Positions 63,520-64,000 of a stretch of 64,000 nucleotides of DNA are shown here, piece by piece. The stretch covers positions 37,820,001 through 37,884,000 of the forward strand of contig OX597819.1 in NCBI GenBank assembly GCA_951406725.2. The letters are read 5' to 3'. Numbering within the stretch: position 1 is the stretch's first letter; the number at the start of each line of letters is the position of its first letter. The stretch is from Octopus vulgaris (lineage: Eukaryota). The translations under genes and the position numbers were made by a program. Under the pieces are notes generated by a model. It saw nothing but the letters and a program-made list of their open reading frames with translations. It was not told the DNA's origin and did no database searches.

Positions 63520-63832
63520 TTAATAATCACTGTGATCACAGTGACTGACCAGACTATCAGATGCTGCTACACATCGCTGGTCACAATGCGCTTTGCATTG
63601 TTTTAGCCTTTAAATGATGCCACCCCGCTGGCTAAGCGAGCAGGCCAACAGAAGAAAGAGTGAGAGAGAGTTATGGCGAAAGAGTACAGCTGGGATCGCT
63701 ACCATCCCTTGCCGAAGCCTCGTGGAGGTTTTGGTGTTTTCGCTCAATAAACACTCACAACGCCCGGTCTGGGAATCGAAACCACGATCCTACGACTGCG
63801 AGTCTGCTGCCCTTACCACTGGGCCATTGCAC
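63520..63832 (-). mobile_element. tRNA-derived SINE (another family)
   Basis: Minus-strand head GGTGCAATGGCCCAGTGGTAAGGGCAGCAGACTCGCAGTCGTAGGATCGTGGTTTCGATTCCC with A and B boxes, followed by non-tRNA body. Confidence 0.8.
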
Positions 63833-63834
63833 CC

Positions 63835-64000
63835 CCAATTTGACTGCATCCATGCTGGAGCACTGCCTTAAAGGGCTTTAGTTGAAGAATTTGACCCCAA
63901 AATCCATTCTTTGTGAGCCTAGTACTTATTCTACTGGTCTCTTTCGCCATGCTGCAAAGTTATAGCATTGGTTGTCAAATGATGGCCAGGGGACAAACAC
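63835..64000 (-). mobile_element. SINE family A, cut by the window edge
   Basis: TTTGACTGCATCCATGCTGGAGCAC...CTAGTACTTATTCT matches the 3' part of family A. Confidence 0.7.

Noticed and set aside
63755-63832. tRNA-like sequences (also 4005-4073 and other SINE heads) as tRNA genes
   Set aside because: A and B boxes are present but there is no closed acceptor stem, and each continues into a SINE body.

Overview
AT-rich, repeat-dense eukaryotic DNA. The SINE and RTE repeat families look like those of Octopus (inferred, not searched). The window holds one complete protein-coding gene, a sorting nexin 6 (SNX5/6/32 family, PX-BAR). I assembled it by eye from 14 GT-AG coding exons on the + strand (4746..56063; 1221 nt, 406 aa). 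Most ORFs in the supplied track are repeat artefacts. Introns and flanks carry tRNA-derived SINEs, RTE/CR1/R4-like LINE fragments, a decayed mariner, hAT-, piggyBac- and Merlin-like MITEs, and non-autonomous Helitrons. The most unusual signal is three unrelated short repeats that each fold as a minimal type I hammerhead ribozyme of the kind carried by Penelope-like elements (2431-2468, 3825-4196, 25999-26116). One of them fuses a Pol III tRNA-like head to the hammerhead, carries an inverted second hammerhead, has a 9-bp TSD, and lies about 550 bp upstream of the SNX6 ATG. All copies here carry core mutations, so catalytic activity is inferred only for the reconstructed ancestors. Exon and TSD coordinates were counted by hand; boundaries of old repeats are approximate.
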